Below the pieces are notes generated by a model. That model ran no database searches. It saw nothing but the letters and a program-made list of their open reading frames with translations, and was not told where the DNA came from. The position numbers were made by a program, and so were the translations under genes. From assembly GCA_048885525.1 (NCBI GenBank), contig JBHLLP010000023.1:1-54933 (forward strand): DNA of 54,933 nt, written 5' to 3'. The DNA comes from Candidatus Hermodarchaeota archaeon (GTDB taxonomy: Archaea; Asgardarchaeota; Lokiarchaeia; Sigyniarchaeales; SOKP01). Each line of letters starts with the position of its first letter. The first letter of the stretch is position 1. Below, piece by piece: positions 8,979 through 19,400 of the stretch.

Positions 8979-10244
8979 ATGTCCGAAAAAAGGATCCATG
9001 ATGTGTGCATAATTGGTGCTGGACCGGCAGGATCAACTTGTGCCTATTACTTAACTCAAAAAGGGATGATTCCATTAGTACTTGAAAAAAAAGAATTTCC
9101 TCGAGATAAAATATGCGGGGATGCATTTCCTCTACGTGCTCAAGTTCACCTCGAGAGGATGGGAATTTTACAAAAATTAATTGATGAGAAGAAAGGACGA
9201 TGGACAGCTCAAGGGGGATTAGTTAGTCCTAGAAAAATTGTATATACGGGAGATTCATATGCGGAAACGAATTCACACTTAGTAATAGCAGTCAAAAGAA
9301 AAATTATTGATGAAATGCTGATTAAAACGGCAGTTGAAGCAGGTTCAATCCTAGTAGAGAATTATTCAGTTAAGGAAGTAAATTTTGATGAAAACAAGGA
9401 ACATTGGACTATTCATCCAAAGAATGGAAAGAAATCCCCTTATCAAGCAAAAGTTCTAATTATTGCTGATGGTGCATCTTCTCATATCGCTCAATCATTA
9501 GGAATTGTAAAAGAGTCATTCCAAACAGTGTGTAGTCGAGCTTATATAAAGGCCGGAACTTATAAATTTGACCAAGATGGAATAGTTGTTATAACAATGG
9601 AACTTGTGCCAGGTTACTGTGCTCTCATGAAAGAAGCAGATGATGATCTCGTCTTTTGTTGCTATCTTATTCCTTTTGGAAAAACTCGTACTCAAAATTT
9701 GTATAAATTGCATCATGATTTAATTGAGAATGATCCCTTCATAAGTGAAGCTTTAGGTCCTAATGCTGAAATTGGAGAAATGAAAGCAGCACCCATACGT
9801 TTTGGTGGAATACCACAAAGTTATGATAATCACTTGCTAATTGTAGGGGATGCGGCAGGAATGATAGATCCTCTAACTGGAGAAGGATTACAATATGCAA
9901 TGGATGCTGCTGAAATTGCCGCTACTACAATTGTCGAAGCTTTTCAAAAAAATAACTTTACAAAAAAATTTTTTAAACGATATCAGGGAAGATGGATGAA
10001 AAGTTTTGGGAAAGACTTTAAGTGGTCTATTCGCATGGCTCGTTTCTGTGCAAAGCATCCAATCTTTTTTGATGCTTTCGCTTCCCTCAGTCAAAAAAAA
10101 GGAGATAAATTCATGGTCGAATGGGGAAAAATCATGACAGGTTCAAAGAAGAAACTAAATTTCTTCCTTCCTAAACTTGCTTTTCCTTTAATTTTTGAAA
10201 CGCTGAGATTAAAACGCAAGTTCAAGAAAGAGAAGATAAATTAG
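8979..10244 (+). CDS. Geranylgeranyl reductase family FAD-dependent oxidoreductase
   Basis: IIGAGPAGS, FPRDKICGD, ADGASS, VGDAAGMIDPLTGEG; ATG at 8979 preferred. Confidence 0.92.
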   Translation: MSEKRIHDVCIIGAGPAGSTCAYYLTQKGMIPLVLEKKEFPRDKICGDAFPLRAQVHLERMGILQKLIDEKKGRWTAQGGLVSPRKIVYTGDSYAETNSHLVIAVKRKIIDEMLIKTAVEAGSILVENYSVKEVNFDENKEHWTIHPKNGKKSPYQAKVLIIADGASSHIAQSLGIVKESFQTVCSRAYIKAGTYKFDQDGIVVITMELVPGYCALMKEADDDLVFCCYLIPFGKTRTQNLYKLHHDLIENDPFISEALGPNAEIGEMKAAPIRFGGIPQSYDNHLLIVGDAAGMIDPLTGEGLQYAMDAAEIAATTIVEAFQKNNFTKKFFKRYQGRWMKSFGKDFKWSIRMARFCAKHPIFFDAFASLSQKKGDKFMVEWGKIMTGSKKKLNFFLPKLAFPLIFETLRLKRKFKKEKIN

Positions 10245-10260
10245 TTTAAGCTAATTAAAC

Positions 10261-11151
10261 TTATTCTGTTAATTTTTCTTTAATCTGCTCAACAAGCTTT
10301 TCTGCTTCTTTGGAGTCATAGATAAATTCAATTTCCTCTGATGATGATATTCCAATTCCTAGTTCTACAGCTCTTTTAATTTGTTCTTGTTCAAAAATTG
10401 GACCTTTTGATACTTCTGGAGTTGTCCCTAGTATACGTAATATCGCAACTCCAACAACATCTACAGCTACCTTATCAGTTCCGGCAACAAACACATTTGC
10501 TTCTTTTCGAGTACCTTCCATAGGTCCACGATCTACAAAACTAATAATACCATCCATAATAATTAAGTCAGGTTTGTATACAGAATTTATTTCTGCAATC
10601 ATTTTCCTTTGATGTTTTGAAGAATGTAACTCTCCCATGTTGCTCTTAGATACCATTCCTACGGCATTTTTTAGTGATAAGGTAAAGTGACCACCATACA
10701 TATGAGTCTTTAAACAACAAGTTTCAACAATACATTCAGCATTATCATATATCTTTGCAAATAGGAATCCATCTTTCCAATGATTATCTTCGGGATTTTT
10801 AAGGATGTATTCTTCTTTGGGTACCTCGGTCAAATCAACAATATTAAAATCTAATTCCTCTGCTAATGCATACAATCCTTTTTTTTTAAAGGTTTTAGCA
10901 GTATTTGCTGGACCACTTCGTTCAGCAACTGTAATTGATTCTGCACCCATTTCTTTTAATTTGATAATAAGTTGCTTTACGGTTTCCATTGAACTTGAAG
11001 CAGGAGGAGGATCTGCAGTATTGAAATTAGGTTTAAAAATCACATGCTTATCTTTAACAGGATTAATTTCTAATAATTCTAAAGCCTTATTTACGCCATA
11101 AACGCGATCTGATGTAGAAATAATAACAATTTTAGTCATATTATTCACCAT
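10261..11151 (-). CDS. DUF362 domain protein
   Basis: VIFKPNF, LKTH..GHFTLSLKNAVG, IIMDG, DKVAVD motifs. Confidence 0.85.
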   Translation of the reverse strand: MVNNMTKIVIISTSDRVYGVNKALELLEINPVKDKHVIFKPNFNTADPPPASSSMETVKQLIIKLKEMGAESITVAERSGPANTAKTFKKKGLYALAEELDFNIVDLTEVPKEEYILKNPEDNHWKDGFLFAKIYDNAECIVETCCLKTHMYGGHFTLSLKNAVGMVSKSNMGELHSSKHQRKMIAEINSVYKPDLIIMDGIISFVDRGPMEGTRKEANVFVAGTDKVAVDVVGVAILRILGTTPEVSKGPIFEQEQIKRAVELGIGISSSEEIEFIYDSKEAEKLVEQIKEKLTE

Positions 11152-11253
11152 TCGATACGTATTAAACTAGACCTATCAAATTAAAATTTGGGATTATAAA
11201 AATTAAGCTATAATATGAGAGTTTATCTTTTAATAAGTGGTATAGTCTGATAG

Positions 11254-11302
11254 TTATCCAAAAGTCCAATAAAAGTTCCGGACATAAAACCAAAAATATA
11301 AT
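11254..11302 (+). promoter_or_regulatory. Shared 49-bp upstream module, copy 2
   Basis: TTATCCAAAAGTCCAATAAAAGTT...AAACCAAAAATATAAT, continuing CCTAAAC.AATTA as in copy 3. Confidence 0.65.
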
Positions 11303-11340
11303 CCTAAACTAATTATTTTTAAACACTTAAAGGTGATTTT

Positions 11341-11958
11341 ATGAAAGAATATTATGATCAAGTAAAGAATATGGATGTGATAGAAATGGACGTTGAGGAA
11401 CTCACCGTTGAAAAAATAGGAGATTTAGAACAAAAGGAAACTTCAGATTCTTTTAAAGAATTTGTGGCTGAATATCCTAAATTTGTTGGAGGATTAGTTT
11501 CGATAATTGGAGTCTTAATTGGAATAGGAATATTAATGTCAAATAATAGAATTGAACTTCTACTAGGCATTAATATAATTTTCATTACAATTGCCATCAT
11601 TGGAGAGATAGTTGTGAAAAGTAGAGAATCAAAAAGTAGAATACAATATAAAGTTCCAACTTATGGTATTGTTGCTTTAGTTTTTGATATTCTTGCATTG
11701 ATAGTGATAGTAGGTGTTGATGTAAACGGATTAATGTCATTCTCCATTTGGAACAATCTTTATGCAGCCCCCTTAGTCTTTGTAGCAATAGGCAGTGCTT
11801 TAGCAGGATTTTATTATGAACATGATTCTAGACCAGGTTTAGCTGTTTTAGGGCTTTTCCTTGGCTGTATCCTATTATTGATAAGCTTTTGGCAAGTTCT
11901 ATTAGTGATTCTCATTATAATTGGAATTATTGCGTATATCGCTAATGGTGGAAATTAA
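11341..11958 (+). CDS. Orphan membrane protein (~5-6 TM)
   Basis: Acidic N-terminus, hydrophobic segments, AGGTGA RBS-like sequence upstream. Confidence 0.8.
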   Translation: MKEYYDQVKNMDVIEMDVEELTVEKIGDLEQKETSDSFKEFVAEYPKFVGGLVSIIGVLIGIGILMSNNRIELLLGINIIFITIAIIGEIVVKSRESKSRIQYKVPTYGIVALVFDILALIVIVGVDVNGLMSFSIWNNLYAAPLVFVAIGSALAGFYYEHDSRPGLAVLGLFLGCILLLISFWQVLLVILIIIGIIAYIANGGN

Positions 11959-11965
11959 TCTTATA

Positions 11966-11996
11966 TTTTTTTTCTTTTTTTTTGCTTATTTTTTTT
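11966..11996 (+). terminator. Oligo-T terminator (putative)
   Basis: Three T-runs immediately after the stop of 11341..11958. Confidence 0.5.
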
Positions 11997-12177
11997 CCAT
12001 TTAAATATGCGTAAGAAGAGCTTGAAATTGAATCGATTGAAATAAAAGACGATAAAAATCAAAAGAAAGATTAAATATGGAAAAGACATAATAAATCATT
12101 GAAAAGAAATCTCGAGAAAATATTAAAAAAATCAATTTTTTAATTAAAATCAATTATAGTAGAAGAGAAATACAAGA

Positions 12178-12561
12178 ATGAAAGATTTAACTGTTATTTT
12201 GAAAAATAAACCAGGAACCTTAGCTGATATGGGTGAAACTTTAGGAAAAAATGGCATTAATATGGAAGGATTATGCGCATTTCCTCAAAAAGGTGAAGGT
12301 GTCGTTCACATTTTAGTTGAAGATGAGACTACAACTCAATGGGCACTCGAAGATGCAGGTTTTGAAGTACGGGCTATACGTGATGTACTTGTTATAAATA
12401 TTAACCGTGATGTAGGAAAACCCGGTACAGGAGGTAAGATCGCTCGTAAAATAGGAAATGCTGGAGTTAATATTGATTTAATCTATTTAGCTGAGAATAA
12501 TAGATTGGTAATTGGAGTTGACGACTTGGATAAAGCTCGAACAGCTTTAGGGATAGAATGA
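12178..12561 (+). CDS. Tandem ACT-domain protein
   Basis: NKPGTLADMGETLGKNGINME and GKPGTGGKIARKIGNAGVNID. Confidence 0.9.
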   Translation: MKDLTVILKNKPGTLADMGETLGKNGINMEGLCAFPQKGEGVVHILVEDETTTQWALEDAGFEVRAIRDVLVININRDVGKPGTGGKIARKIGNAGVNIDLIYLAENNRLVIGVDDLDKARTALGIE

Positions 12562-12642
12562 AGATATCTGTTAATCTGGAGAATAATTCTTTTAAAATCA
12601 AATTTAATAGGAATAATTAGAAGATCATATATTCTAATGAGT

Positions 12643-13140
12643 TTAAGACTCCAAATATGGAAGTCTTTTTATCTTCATTGAAGTTCTCGTAGCTTTGATT
12701 AATTTTTGAAATTCAGATCCAGGAATTTGCAAAGTTTCAGTGTTTATATTTGGATGACAACATAGCTCTTTTGCATTCCAAATACTTTCATCTACGATGA
12801 ATATTACCTTATTATTAATATCATTAACTAACCCAATTGGAGAAACGGCACCAGCAGTGATACCTAATATACCAGAAAGTTCTTCCAGCGCAGCAAAGCG
12901 AATTTTTGGAGCATTTATCATTTTCCGGAATTGATTTATATCCAAGCGTTTTTCATGAGGAATAGTGACTAAATATAGTTGCCCCGTTTTTTTATTTTTA
13001 AGAAACAAATTTTTACAATGAGTTCCTGGAATGTGACCACAATGCTCCTTCGCTTCAGGAACAGTGAACACTGCGGGATGTGTGTGCAGGATATATTGTA
13101 TATCATTTTCCTGCAACCACTGCTTTAATGAATCTTCCAT
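12643..13140 (-). CDS. YbaK/ProX (PrdX)-type aminoacyl-tRNA editing protein
   Basis: HPAVFTV, CKNLFLKNKK, LGITAGAVSPIGL, HPNINTET. Confidence 0.9.
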   Translation of the reverse strand: MEDSLKQWLQENDIQYILHTHPAVFTVPEAKEHCGHIPGTHCKNLFLKNKKTGQLYLVTIPHEKRLDINQFRKMINAPKIRFAALEELSGILGITAGAVSPIGLVNDINNKVIFIVDESIWNAKELCCHPNINTETLQIPGSEFQKLIKATRTSMKIKRLPYLES

Positions 13141-13221
13141 ATTTATTCATTTAATTAAAAAGTTATTTACATTATAAATTTTTAAAAAAATCATAAAGAT
13201 AGTTTTTTCTAAAATAACTCT

Positions 13222-14208
13222 TTATTTTTGGAATTCTTTAGGGATATGTACAGCAAATTTACATACTAAACCTCCAGTAAGAGGAGTTTCGATTGGTTCT
13301 ACTAAAGTTGGTTGATCAAAAATTATATCCCAATATAGTTTGATATACCCTGCACTACACTGGCAGAAGTTAGGAGAAATTTCTTTTTCAGTACCGTTTT
13401 TGAGTGCTCCTCGTACCCAAGGACAGTAACAACTATAAAACCGTTTTAATCTCTCATTTTCCGCGTTAAGATGCTTCTTTATTTGATAAGGCATTTTCGT
13501 TTCTATTATTTTATCTCCTTCTCTTTTTCCAGGAGTTATTGTAGGATCATTTTTTATAAATTTGATTACATCTTCATTTATATATTGAGCAAATTCTAAA
13601 GTTCCCTCTTTTTGATGTTTTTGAAGACGTTCAATTATCTCTTGCTTTTTAATTTCTAAAAATTCATCAATATCATTTAAACTTAAGAAATGTTCTCTAT
13701 CTTTTTTAATATTCCCAGGACGACCATGTAAACAAGGTTTCAATAGTTCAATTGTTTTCGTTTCCCCTAATGTTTTTTCTAATCTTTTAATAATTTCTTT
13801 AGTGAATTCTGGCTTTTTTTTAGGATGAACTCCTAGAGCAGGAATGTTGATATTTTTAAAAATTTCATCTCGTATTTCTTCACCATATTTTTCTTCAATT
13901 CTTAGGTAAAGATTATCCATAGCATTATATGATTCTGAGATATCGATAATCTCAACGATATAATCATAGTTCTTTATAAAATATCCATAATTGATTAAGG
14001 CTCTTAATAATTCTAATACAGTCTCACTTTTGTTTTCTACTAAATATTCTGTATAACTAATAATTCCACCTTTAGGAATCGAATTAACATCATTATTCTC
14101 TTTTTTAAGATAATTATTATATTCATTTAATCTTGAAATAAGAATCTCTGCTTGTTCTTTATCAACATTTTTCTCTAGAAGATATTCCAAGAAAGCTTTT
14201 TCATTCAA
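13222..14208 (-). CDS. DUF6144/V4R-like Cys-rich protein with helical N-terminal domain
   Basis: CYCPWV, FCQCSAGYIKLYW, ETPLTGGLVCKFAVHI. Confidence 0.65.
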   Translation of the reverse strand: MNEKAFLEYLLEKNVDKEQAEILISRLNEYNNYLKKENNDVNSIPKGGIISYTEYLVENKSETVLELLRALINYGYFIKNYDYIVEIIDISESYNAMDNLYLRIEEKYGEEIRDEIFKNINIPALGVHPKKKPEFTKEIIKRLEKTLGETKTIELLKPCLHGRPGNIKKDREHFLSLNDIDEFLEIKKQEIIERLQKHQKEGTLEFAQYINEDVIKFIKNDPTITPGKREGDKIIETKMPYQIKKHLNAENERLKRFYSCYCPWVRGALKNGTEKEISPNFCQCSAGYIKLYWDIIFDQPTLVEPIETPLTGGLVCKFAVHIPKEFQK

Positions 14209-14378
14209 TATATATCACATTTCATTTTTGATGATATGAGAAGACACATTTAATGATATAATTTAAGTTATTTTATCCTCTCCAGATATAGTAGGAATAT
14301 TAAGTCTTCAAAAATGATGAAGCTTAATATGAGAGGGAAACGTCTTATTTAGCAATAAAACTCCCTAAAGTCTAAAAA

Positions 14379-14427
14379 CAATCCAAAAATTCATTCATAG
14401 TCATACACTAAAAACTAAATATATAAT
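14379..14427 (+). promoter_or_regulatory. Shared 49-bp upstream module, copy 3
   Basis: CAATCCAAAAATTCATTCATAGTC...AAACTAAATATATAAT aligns without gaps to copies 1 and 2. Confidence 0.6.
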
Positions 14428-14471
14428 CCTAAACAAATTACAATAAAACTAAAAAAGGTGGTTTTACAAAA

Positions 14472-14909
14472 TTGAGTGATGAGTTAGAAACCATTATTAT
14501 CATAGCTTTCATATTAGGTGCTGCTTCAATAGTTTACATAGCCATTTATATTTCCTTAATGTTCGTGATCTTATTACTAGTAATATCTCCAATAGCAATT
14601 TTAGGATATAATACAAAAAAGAAAAAAAGAAAATGCCCTTATTGTGTTATCTATATGAAACGTATAAAAGAAAAGGAGAAGGTAGTATATCATTGTTTTA
14701 AATGCCATAAAAAGTTTAAAGATAGATATGATAAACCAAAAAAGAAAATTGGAACCCAAAACTACATGAATTTAAACTGGTTAAGGCAGCAATATTACGA
14801 TTTGGGGAGGACCCTTCAAGATATTGCCGATGAACAGAAAGTAAGTATAATGACCATTAAAAAATGGGTGGATAAAATAGACAATGCCACCTATGATAAA
14901 GAGGATTAG
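14472..14909 (+). CDS. Membrane-anchored Zn-ribbon + HTH protein
   Basis: N-terminal TMs, CPYC...CFKC, C-terminal WLRQQYYDLGRTLQDIADEQKVSIMTIKKWV HTH. Confidence 0.75.
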   Translation: MSDELETIIIIAFILGAASIVYIAIYISLMFVILLLVISPIAILGYNTKKKKRKCPYCVIYMKRIKEKEKVVYHCFKCHKKFKDRYDKPKKKIGTQNYMNLNWLRQQYYDLGRTLQDIADEQKVSIMTIKKWVDKIDNATYDKED

Positions 14910-16399
14910 ATTTTAAGTGTTTTTAAATACTCTGGTGGTTGACGTACTTTTGATGCTTGCTCGTAGGCATACGCTAATTTAAGAAGGATTGACTCTTGAA
15001 ATTGACCCCCTATAAATGAAATACCAACTGGAAGTCCAAAAACATAACCCGCAGGAACTGTTATATTTGAATAACCTGCGACAGCAGCAGGTGACGAACT
15101 TCCGCCTGAGGAATGGTCTCCATTGATTAAATCTATAAACCATGCTGGACCTCCGCTAGGAGCAACTATTGCATTAAGTTGGTTTTCTTGGAGAATCTTA
15201 TCAATACCTTCATCTCGAGAAAGTCTTTGGCACTTCTCTAAAGCAGATTTATATTCTTCACTGGAGAGAGGTCCCTTTTCTTCTGCCATTTTAAAAATCT
15301 CTTGTCCAAAATAAGGCATAATTAGATCTTTGTTTTTATCATTGTATTGGATTAAGTCGCTTAAAGATTGAGGGAAATCTTCTGGAACATACTTTTTCAG
15401 AAATTCATTCATATCGTGTTTGAAGTCATAGAGAAGGACTTCGTATTCAGGATCTTGTAGTTCATTTACTGATGTTATATCTGTAGGGTCTATAATCGTA
15501 GCACCTAACAATTCCATTTTATCAATAGCTTTTTCTATAACTTGATCCACATATTCGTTTTTACCAAAAAAGTTACGAGCAACCCCAATTCTAGCATCGT
15601 GTAACCCGTTGGGATCTATGAATTCCCTATAATCAAAAGGGATCTCATTATTAATCTTTATCGAACTTGGATCTTTTGGATCGGCACCTACTATGACACT
15701 TAATAACATAGCTACATCCTCAACAGTTCTTGCCATTGGTCCTGCAGTATCTTGATTATGTGATATTGGAATTATTCCTGTTCGACTTACCAAACCAATT
15801 GAGGGTTTTATTCCTACTATTGAATTTGTATGGGATGGACAAATTATAGAACCATCAGTTTCGGTACCAATTGCTCCTACACATAGATTTGCTGCTACAG
15901 CTACAGCTGAACCAGAACTGGAACCACATGGATTACGATCAAGTACATAGGGATTTAAAGTTTGGCCTCCACGACTACTCCAACCACTAGTGGATCGCGT
16001 GGATCGGAAATTAGCCCATTCACTAAGGTTTGTCTTACCTAAGATTATTGCTCCTGCATTCCTTAATTGATGAATAATAAAGGCATCATGAGTAGCATGA
16101 AAATCTTTAAGAGCTAACGATCCTGCTGTAGTCATCATTTTATCTGCTGTACATATATTATCTTTAACTAGGACGGGAACACCATGTAATGGTCCACGTA
16201 TTGTTTTATTCTTCCTTTCATCATCAAGGAGTTGTGCGATTTGTAATGCATCAGGGTTAATTTCAATTATTGAATTAATTTTTGGACCTGCTTTATCAAT
16301 TTTATTAATTCTTTTTAAATAACTTTTGGTAAGTTGTTTTGCAGTAAGTTTCCCTCCTTCCATTAATGTCTGAATTTCAGCAATGGTATATTCTTTCAT
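14906..16399 (-). CDS. Amidase (amidase-signature family)
   Basis: LHGVPVLVKDN, GKTNLSEWAN, CGSSSGSAVAVAA, IGTETDGSIICP. Confidence 0.95.
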   Translation of the reverse strand: MKEYTIAEIQTLMEGGKLTAKQLTKSYLKRINKIDKAGPKINSIIEINPDALQIAQLLDDERKNKTIRGPLHGVPVLVKDNICTADKMMTTAGSLALKDFHATHDAFIIHQLRNAGAIILGKTNLSEWANFRSTRSTSGWSSRGGQTLNPYVLDRNPCGSSSGSAVAVAANLCVGAIGTETDGSIICPSHTNSIVGIKPSIGLVSRTGIIPISHNQDTAGPMARTVEDVAMLLSVIVGADPKDPSSIKINNEIPFDYREFIDPNGLHDARIGVARNFFGKNEYVDQVIEKAIDKMELLGATIIDPTDITSVNELQDPEYEVLLYDFKHDMNEFLKKYVPEDFPQSLSDLIQYNDKNKDLIMPYFGQEIFKMAEEKGPLSSEEYKSALEKCQRLSRDEGIDKILQENQLNAIVAPSGGPAWFIDLINGDHSSGGSSSPAAVAGYSNITVPAGYVFGLPVGISFIGGQFQESILLKLAYAYEQASKVRQPPEYLKTLKI

Positions 16400-16488
16400 T
16401 TATAATCCTCTATTTTTTATATATAATAAATGAAAAAAGGTTGTTAAAAAATAAATAATTAATATTTTATTGACCCTAAGGAATTCAT

Positions 16489-19400
16489 TTATGCATATTT
16501 CCAGATTTTAATCGTTTTATCATTTGATCCACTAATAATATATTTATTATCACGAGAAATAACAACGGAACCTACTTCTTTTTTATGACCGTTAAGAGTG
16601 CTTATAAGGTTCCCAGTCTTCAAATCCCATACCTTAATATTTTTATCAAATGAACCACTAACCACATAACTATCATCTGGAGATACAGAAACAGATATAA
16701 CATAAAGAGTATGCCCTTTGAATGTCCTCACAAGGTTTCCAGTCAGCATTTCCCATACTTTAATAGATTTATCGTTTGACCCACTGATTATATATTTCCC
16801 ATCTGAAGAGAACACAACAGAATTAATATATTTTTTATTACCCAAAATTGTCCTAACGTTATCACCAGTTTTTAGCTCCCAGATTTTTATAGTTTTATCA
16901 TTTGATCCACTTACAATAAATTTATTATCCGGAGATATAGCTACAGACCCTACTTCTTTTGTATGTCCCTTAAGCGTCTTTAAGAGCTCCCCTTTTGTCA
17001 AATCCCATATTTTAATGTCCTTATCAAAAGAACTACTAACAGCATAATTTCCATCAGGAGAGATAGCTACAGATAAAACATAGAAATTATGCCCTTTAAG
17101 AGTATGAATAAGCTTTCCAGTAAGAAGTTCCCATACTTTCACAGTCTTATCGTTCGAACCACTGATTATATATTTTCCATCACGAGAAACAGTTAATGAA
17201 GTAATATATTTATCATGTCCTGATATAGTTCTTATAAGTTTGCCTGTAAAAGAATCCCAGATTTTTATTGTCCTGTCTTTCGATCCACTAACTATAAATT
17301 TCATATCTGGAGTAATCGCTACTGAAGTTACACCCATTAAATGACCTTCAAGAGTTTTAATAAATACGATAGGTTCAGATATATCGGAAACTTTCGCTAA
17401 TACTTCTTCTAAGCCTTCTCCCTCTTCTGATATTTCTTCAGGGGCAATTATAGCTTCTTCTTCGATAACTTTTTCCTCGAGGGGCATTTCTTCTATGGGG
17501 ATTACAACTTCTTCCTCGATAACTTCTTCCTCCATAGATATTTCTTCTGGGATGATTGCTGCTTCTTCTTCAATAACTTCTTCCTCAATGGGTATTTCTT
17601 CTTGGGTAATTAAACCTTCTTCTTCGATGACTTTTTCCTCGAGGGGTATTTCTTCTTTGGGGATTACAACTTCTTCTTCGACAATTTCTTCCTCCATAGA
17701 TATTTCTTCTGATGGAATTACTTCTTCCTCTTTTAATACTTCTCCTTTTGCTGTTTCCGATGGAATAATTAATCCTAAATCTATCTCAGGTTTTTTCTCT
17801 TTTTCTTGGAGAATTATTTTTTTCTCAACTGAAAAACCTCTAGGTTTAGAAGATCTACTTCTTACAGTTAACAATACAGCTATGATCATTATACTTACTA
17901 TTACTAATACTACCCCAATTATTATGGGAAGGTTTATACCACCTCCTCCTTCACTTTCTTGTAAATCGACAATATCTTCCATATTTCCGATAAAAGCGTT
18001 ATTTGAAACCTGGTTGGAATGGCCTTTATATAGATAAATACCATATTCATTATTGGTAAATGTATTAGTCATAATAGAATTAAAAACACAAAATTCTAGG
18101 TATATCCCTCTATAAGTGTTACTTATTATGTTTAACGAAATTGTGTTAGAATCGCTTTTTAATAATTTTAATCCATTCATTACATTATTATTTATATAGT
18201 TTTCCGAAATGAAGTTACTACGGCTGTCTACTAAATAAATCCCCCCTAAATCATTTAAAGTTACGATATTATCAACCACATTGTTATAATTACTGTTATC
18301 AAATGATATTCCCCATTGATTATTATCATTTGCTGTATTCTGTAAAAGATCGTTATTATAGCTATTTTGTAAGCTTATCCCATCAATACTGTTGAAATTC
18401 ACATCATTTCCTGAGATTAGATTATTATTGCTAGATATTATAAAAATCCCATCACCGTAGTTATGGTTTACAATATTTTCCAAAATATAGTTGTTATAAC
18501 TGTCCTGTATATATATCCCAGTAATAGAGTTGTATCTTACTCGATTTCCCGAAATGTTGTTATTAGTGTTATCATTTGTTAGGTGTATCCCCCTCCTATT
18601 GTATTCTACTATATTTTCTAAGATTAGATTACTATCATCATTGCTTAAACGTATTCCGTTTTCAGAATTATAGGTTATAGTATTTTCAGAGATAATATTA
18701 TCAACTCCATTCCATAAAAATATCCCATTCTCATTGTTACTAGATAGAGTATTTTTTGAAACATTGTTATTATTACCCGAAACTAAGATAATACCATTCA
18801 AACCGTTATTTTTTAAAGTGTTTAGTAAAATGATATTATGATTACTGTCATCATCAATTTGAAATCCAGAAAAAGTACTGTATTCTGCCGTATTATCCGA
18901 AATATAATTGTTATTACTGAATTGTAAAGTTATCCCATCGTCATTATTGGCTACTATATTTCCCGAAACATTGTTTTCATTACTATATCTCAAGTTTACT
19001 CCGCCTAAAGTGTTGCTTGCGTTGTTGGCTTGAATAATATTATTATCGCTATTCTGTAAGAGTATCCCACTATCGAAATTATTTATAGTATTTCCTATAA
19101 TAGTATTGTTTTCACTATACCGTATATGAATACTGTACCTCACATTGGGAGAGTCACACTCACTTATGTAATTTCCTGAAATAGTATTATTATTACAATA
19201 ATCTATCCGTATTCCATCAGCGCGATTATCTGTACAATTATTATTTAATAATTGAGAATTGCTAACATTATATAATTGAATTCCCGCAAAAATACTAATA
19301 CCTGAATTGTAGGTTGTACAATTTTCAATCTTAAAGTATTCATTTGAATTCTCAATTAAGATACAACTTCCGGTACCTCCACCATCAATTATTAAATCCT

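Noticed and set aside
11231-11246. Degenerate copy of the 21-bp repeat core (TAATAAGTGGTATAGT)
   Set aside because: 12/16 match, single copy, no partner repeat after the gene.
16718-18037. ORFs 16718..17047 and 17495..18037 (+)
   Set aside because: Antisense shadows of WD40 and Glu-rich repeats; the Ser-rich translation mirrors GAA codons.
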